Assembly (NCBI RefSeq): GCF_009914755.1
Contig: NC_060926.1
Direction: 5' to 3' (one strand)
Length of the DNA: 64,000 nt
Source: the human T2T-CHM13v2.0 reference genome, Homo sapiens
Positions 54,579-64,000 of this stretch are shown here, one piece after another; position 1 is the first letter of the stretch; the number at the start of each line of letters is the position of its first letter. The translations under genes were made by a program, and so were the position numbers. Below the pieces are notes generated by a model. It worked only from the letters and a program-made list of their open reading frames with translations. It was not told the origin of the DNA and searched no databases.

Positions 54579-56059
54579 GTGAAAATAAAAGGATATTTGC
54601 TCACTTCAACCGAGTTAAGGACCACAGTTCCTCCTAAAAAGGCAGGTCAATTGCTGGATTCTTTGTTTAATTACCAATGTTCGAGGTAAGGATTTGGTAA
54701 ATAGTCATCCCCAGTAGAGGCAAATGTTTCTCTCCCCCCAACCCTAAACCCCCACACCCACCCTGAGTATCACTATATGGATTCATGGCAATTTTTATTC
54801 AGTGTTTTACAATCAGTTACAGTCATTCTTTTTGATGCTAAAATTATCCTGATTTTCCTGGAAACACACCTTCATCTGGCTCTTTGGTCTTTAAAGGCTT
54901 GCTTGCTATGTTGCGATCTGTTTTCATCTTCTGGATAGAGTCCTGGAGCTGGAGTTTCAGGTAGAAGGGACAGTGTGCGTCCTGTGGCCGAGGCTGCCAG
55001 CCCACAGCGTGCATTGCTGCCCATTTCCTGCCAGTCCTGGGACGAGAGTGCCTAGGAGTTTCAAGATTTCAGGCTGGCAGGTCTTTGTTTTCCTTTTTTG
55101 GATTGGCTTAGGTTTAGGGTTGTCTCAGCCTCATAAAGTGAGTTGGGTAGCTTTCTGTGAGGAAGGCTTTTGTCTCTGCCTCTCATATTGCATCTCCATT
55201 TATTTTATTTTTTGGGGGGAGGTTCTCATCTGTAGGTTAGACCATCTGTCTCCTTACCACTCTGTCCATCTCAGTATTTTTCCCTGTCCACTGTATCCAT
55301 CAGCATTCTGGGGGCCTCAGTTTTGTCTTTTTGCCACCAGTGACATTTTCTGTAATGTACATTTTTCCCTTTGACTCCTTCCAGTTGGATTTTAATTTTT
55401 CCGTAGTGTGATTGTTTTTGTTTTCTAATCTTGGTCAGCATCTTAGCTTGTTGTCTTTTAATTTCAACCTATTCTCATTTTGGTGCTCCCTGTCTTTTAA
55501 AAACATTTTAATTTTAACTTTTTAAATAAAGGCCACGTCTTCCTGCATCTTAGGACAAGAATCACATCTTTTCTAAAATGGTCTTCCATTTTCTGCAATC
55601 ATTCATTTCAGGTTTGTGCATGTACTTTATGGCATGTTTTTCCATCAGCCTCTCCCCTCCCCCTTTCTGTTCTGATGTGATGTTCCTTGAATGGCGTTTG
55701 CCAGGCTGCGGGTTTGAATTGCTGTTTCCTGGGGACTTGGCTGGGCACAATCTGGGGCTGGCCGTGGGGTGATCGGCCACGGGCCCAGGCTGTGTCTCTG
55801 CTGCTCTGGGCGGGCTCTCCCCTCACCTTGAATTCATGTGCAATGGCCCCATTTTCCGTGTCCATGTGTGTTCCTGAGTAGTGGGTGTTTGCTGATCACC
55901 TGCTGCCCACTCTGCTGGCTCTGCTCTTCTGTGTCTGAGGGTAAAGGGTGTCTGCCTCCCTTTCCCCTGCAGGAAGGGCTGGACTCTCATCCCCTGATGA
56001 ATGGTGCTTTGTCCTTATAGAATGATGGAAGAGGGACACTCTTTTTCTTTTAAACCTGC

Positions 56060-57850
<1,791 letters not shown>

Positions 57851-58077
57851 GGAGCGCTCTCCAGTTGGAGTCTGCCTCCCCAGCTGTGCAGACAGCCCTG
57901 CAGTATTGAAAAACAGCCACAGAGCTCCTCAGGAGTGCTTGGAAATCTCAATGGAGTTCATAAAGTGATTCTTAATAGAATCATTCTTATGTATGGTTAT
58001 GAGACATTTACATATTTAAAGAGTTTAAAAGGAAGTATCTGCATTTCAGAATTTTTACTGCCATGGAACTCATCTAC

Positions 58078-58385
58078 ATTTTATTTTGTTTTATTTTATT
58101 TTTTTCAGACAGGATCTCACTGTCACCCAGGCTGGAGTGCAGTGGTATGATCTCCGTTCACTGCAGCCTCTACCTCCCGAGCTCAAGTGATCCTCCCAGT
58201 CAGCCTCCTGAGTAGCTGGGACCACAAGCATGCACCACCACACCTGGGTAATTTTTGTATTTTTTGTAGAGACGGGTTCTTGCTATGTTGCCTAGGCTGT
58301 CCTCGAATTCCTGGGCTCAAGCAATCCGCCCGCCTCAGTCTCCCAAAGTGGCTAGGATTACAGGCGTGAGCTACTGAGCCCAGCC
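58078..58385 (-). mobile_element. Alu (AluJ-like)
   Basis: Alu consensus; TSD tctacattttat. Confidence 0.88.
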
Positions 58386-60099
58386 TCTTCTACATTTTAT
58401 GTTTGAGAATATGGACTTGATTCAGTTCTTTTTATAGTTTGGTAAACTTGAAATAACACTCATCTCATTAAATCCAGTCTCATTTGACATTCTCAGTATT
58501 TGAACTCTGATAAAAATGGACTAGTACTCAGAAGCTGGGCAGAAGGGAAGTCTGAGAAGTTGTTCTCTATCTCCTTTCTCTCTGTGGTTGCTGAACATTT
58601 TTGTGTGCTTCAAGAGGGCAAGTAGAACCAGGTTTGTCAAGAATTAAGACATAAGTCTTTTTTTTTTAATTTTTATTTTTTTTCTTACATTTAAGGGAGA
58701 TCTGGCCAATGTGTATTTTTATTGTCCATTAGTCACAATTGTCTGTGTTTTTATATCTAACTAGTGTTTTGTATTATTTGCTGTTTGTAGAAACTCCTTG
58801 GTAGTTAACTGCAGCTTCTTTGTCCTCTGGCAGCAGAAATGGGTATAACCATTTGGGAAAGTGACTTAGTGAGTGTCTGAATAACTCCAAGAGACTCTTG
58901 GTCCAGAATTCTAACACTGGGACTCTATCCTGAGAAAATAATCTTAAATATAAAGCTCATGAACAACATGTTTATTGTACCATTAAATATAAAAAGTTGC
59001 AAGCCACCCCAGTGTCCAAGTCCAGCTTAGGACAAACCCCACCAGAACACTCCAGTGTAATGACTCAGTGAGTTAATGATAATAGCTGATAAAATGGGTA
59101 CTGCGGGCGGGTCCCGTGCTGTGCTCTGTGCGCGTGCTGTCCCACTTCACCTTCACAACTTCATGGTGGCTGCACCAGGTCACAAAGCTGGAAAGTGGCA
59201 ATGTGCATGGCTCTCAATGCCTGAAGCTGCCAGCCAGGTAATTGAGGAGGTCAGCAACAGGGACGGTACTATGTGATGTTGGAGAAATAAAGAGGCGAAG
59301 CTGTGTTTACAGAATGCGTTTCAGCAGTGTGTAAAACACTGGAAATAAGATGGAATAGGAAATAACACGGAGGAAGTTTCTTATGATATTGTGGGTCGGG
59401 TTAGGTGGTGAGATTTGTATTATTTTTATGTTTACATCTGCTTGCCTGCATTTTCTAAAATGAGCATGTATTATTTTATACCAAAGGAAACAAAAAGGCA
59501 TAACATGCTTCCCGTCAATGGAAGACTCCTAATGGTAAGAGGGGCTGTGTTGTGACGTGGAGATGATTCAGATTGGAGAAGCAGCTGCCCTCAGCCTTAT
59601 CTGGAATGTCCTAAAACAGCTGAAACGATACTGTTGGATCAAAACAGATTGAATTTCAGGAGTCAAATATACAAAAGGGCATGCTTGTGAAAATACAGGA
59701 TTTAAGTTTCATAATATCCTAATAAATGGGTACATTATATGGAACGACTTAATTATGTTCCCCCTTGTTTGAACTTTCAACTCCTGTGTTGAAATTAAAT
59801 CTACACTTACCTAAGAAGTGAGCTCAAGGTCTTGATATGAATAGGATGTATTTTAGCTTGAGATGTAAACTGTTTGATGCGTGCAATGTTATCAGTTCTT
59901 TAGATATGTTCATAATGACATTAGCATCCCTAAACATTTGAATAAATGAAAAAGAAATAACATATAGAATAATAATACACAAAGTAAAAGCAGATCTAGT
60001 TGCAGTATATTGTTGTTTGGAAAAGCAAGTTATTGAATAATTTGTACATCATGTAACTCCCCTTTATGTCTTTTAGTTTAATTTTTTTTTTTTACACAG

Positions 60100-61030
<931 letters not shown>

Positions 61031-61051
61031 CCCACTTTTCTGTTTTATTTA

Positions 61052-61454
<403 letters not shown>

Positions 61455-62369
61455 TTAAGTAAATAAAAAGTAACCTCCAGCAAACAAGTCTGCCATGAGT
61501 TGGGCCATTTAACACAGGACTTTATTCTCCAAATGTCAGAAAACAGGTGAGGAAGCAGCTGGTTGAGCACATGCCAGGGGAGAGGAGGTTGAATGCTGAT
61601 AGTGGCAGCACTGCCGCATTGTTCTCAGGTGCTTTTCTGTTTGGTGCCTTGCCCTCTGAGGTGGGATCCATAGGTCAGGAAGCTGGGGAGGCTGCCTCTA
61701 GTCCAGGCAGCACCAGCTTCAGGCCTCTGGTGTGTTTCACTGACTTCCAAGTTTCCAAAGCGCCCTGTCTGCACCCCTCTTATGACACTTGAAAACAATT
61801 TATGGAAATTTCCAAACAGACACGGAAGTAGAGACCGTTGAATTAATCACATCAGCCTGTGTCTTTCTTGTTTCATCTGTCTCCACCCCCTACCCACACC
61901 CCTACTTTTCTCCTGAGCATTTTAAAGCAAATACTTCTGGTTCTTCCTACTGTCAAGTATCCCTCTGATGGAGCAGTTTCCTGAAAGGTCAAGGGTCGAG
62001 TCCCTTTCACTGTAGTATTGCAAGCCACACTCAGCACTCAAGTGTTCAATAAACATTTATTGAAACAGAGTGATTTCATTCCACAGCTCGATAGGGAGAT
62101 GGATTTTGTTCTGTAGGTTTCGCAGAAGCTGAATCTTTCCTACCTTAATGAACCACAGAGAGCATGTGTGTATTTTGGGATGTCGCACCTGCTGCTGGGG
62201 GTTAAGGTTTGTTTCGCCTTTGGTGTGTAGTGGAGATGGGTTTGTGCATAAATTCACTTTCAGAAAAAGTAGGGTGACTGGTTATGGGTATAATTTAGTC
62301 TGAACTTGTACAGACAAAAATAATGAAAAGTAAATCTTCCCCAGACATAAAAAATGTTTTTCATTTGCT

Positions 62370-62570
62370 GTCTAAGCATGGAGAGAGTTGAAATCAGACA
62401 GATCTGGGTCTGAAGTCCACATCTGTCACTTCACTGTAGATGTCTATGTCCTCTCTGGACCCCAATTTCTTCATTAGTAAAATGGGGCTATAACTATTGT
62501 ATGGGGCAGATTAAATACAGATTCTACATAAGCTCCTGGCACATAGTAGGCACTCCATAAATACTGATTA
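62370..62570 (+). mobile_element. MIR
   Basis: aatcagacagatctgggtctgaa...aatttcttcattagtaaaatgggg...cctggcacatagtaggcactc. Confidence 0.8.
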
Positions 62571-62645
62571 TTTCTTCTCCTTGCCCATGGTTCTGTGAAA
62601 TGGGAATGTTTCCTGGGCCTCCCTTAGGAGGTCATTGTATGGATT

Positions 62646-62828
62646 TTTTTTTAATATATATGTTTTTTATTACACTTTAAGTTCTAGGGTCCTTTGTAGG
62701 GACATGGATGAAGCTGGAAACCATCATTCTCAGCAAACTATCACAAGGACAGAAAAACCAAACACCGCATGTTCTCACTCATAGGTGGGAATTGAACAAT
62801 GAGAACACTTGGACACAGGAAGGGGAAC
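62646..62828 (-). mobile_element. Short 5'-inverted (twin-primed) L1PA insertion within a MIR
   Basis: Antisense L1 3' terminus joined to a sense L1PA ORF2-end/3'UTR piece; TSD ttgtatggatt at 62635-62645 and 62830-62840. Confidence 0.88.
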
Positions 62829-63133
62829 GTTGTATGGATTAAATGAGTAATCTTTGGAAAGTGCTTACACCTGAGCCTGGAGCAAGTCAGAGCTCAGCCT
62901 CCTGGGTGCTGCTGCGGGTGCTGCCCCTGTCCTGGGAGTCCTTTTAAAATCATGTGTGTGCCTTCCCTGTCTCATCTACCCTGTTCCCTTTCCCTAGAGG
63001 TAACCACTTAACCATTTTTATTATTATTTTGGTTAATCCTTCCATTGTTTCTTTTTGGAAAAAAAAAACTAAGTTTATCTTCTTCACACACAAACAATGT
63101 CCTCCTTTTTACAAAAAGATATTAATAGCGTAG

Positions 63134-63498
<365 letters not shown>

Positions 63499-63865
63499 TG
63501 ATTTGGAGAGGTTCCGTAGTGTATAAAAATATCTTCCACAATCCTTGTATAGTTATATGGTACTCCATATTTTGAATGTACCGTAATTTATTCGACCACT
63601 AGCCTGTTGGTGGGTATTTGGGTTATTTTCAGTGTTCTGCTATAATAGTTTGTAGCACATAGCCTTGTACAAACTTTTTTTTCTATTTTGCCAAAGTGTC
63701 TTTTGGGATAGATTCCTAGGAGTGGGCTTGCTAGATCAGAAGAGTAAATGCATGAATAACTGCTCTGGATTTTGCCAAATGTTTGTCTTCAGGGCCATCC
63801 CGTTTTGCAGTCGTGTTGAGTGCCTGTCTCCCCGTTGCCATAGAAGCAGAATGTGTTGCCTCTTT

Positions 63866-64000
63866 GGTTTTTTTGTTTGTTTGTTTGTTTTGAGATAGAG
63901 TCTTGCTCTGTCACCCAAGTTGGAGTACAGTGGTGCGATCACAGCTCACCGCAGCAGCCTCGACCTCTTGGGCTCAGGTGATCCTCCCACCTCAGCCTCT
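63866..64000 (-). mobile_element. Alu cut by the window edge
   Basis: Alu 3' arm. Confidence 0.85.

Overview
Human (primate) genomic DNA, recognisable as the 2q37.1 SAG-DGKD interval. The + strand carries coding exons 3-16 of SAG (rod arrestin-1 / S-antigen) at 2158-33001. All 14 exons have GT-AG boundaries and join into one open frame ending ...KRDKNDVDE*, with a poly(A) signal at 33119. About 7.5 kb downstream lie the CpG-island promoter and first coding exon of DGKD (Pro-rich delta-2 N-terminus, 40602-40757), followed by about 23 kb of DGKD intron 1. The rest is very Alu-dense, with L1, L2, MIR, MLT1, MER3, MER5A, Tigger3 and MADE1 relics; nearly all ORFs in the supplied track are Alu or GC-rich artefacts. 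I see no new gene or unambiguous new biological system. The best leads are: (1) a candidate human counterpart of the bovine p44 alternative acceptor in SAG intron 15 that reads Ser-Ala-Tyr instead of Ser-Ala-stop; (2) 10-nt and 24-nt SAG microexons, one with SRRM3/4-type signals and one encoding half of a uveitogenic epitope; (3) a 94-bp intronic duplication in which one copy holds a 12/13 MARE/NRL site; (4) inverted Alu pairs bracketing single SAG exons; (5) a tiny twin-primed inverted L1. Exon coordinates were derived by hand from splice sites and frame. Repeat boundaries and subfamilies are approximate, from recalled consensus sequences.
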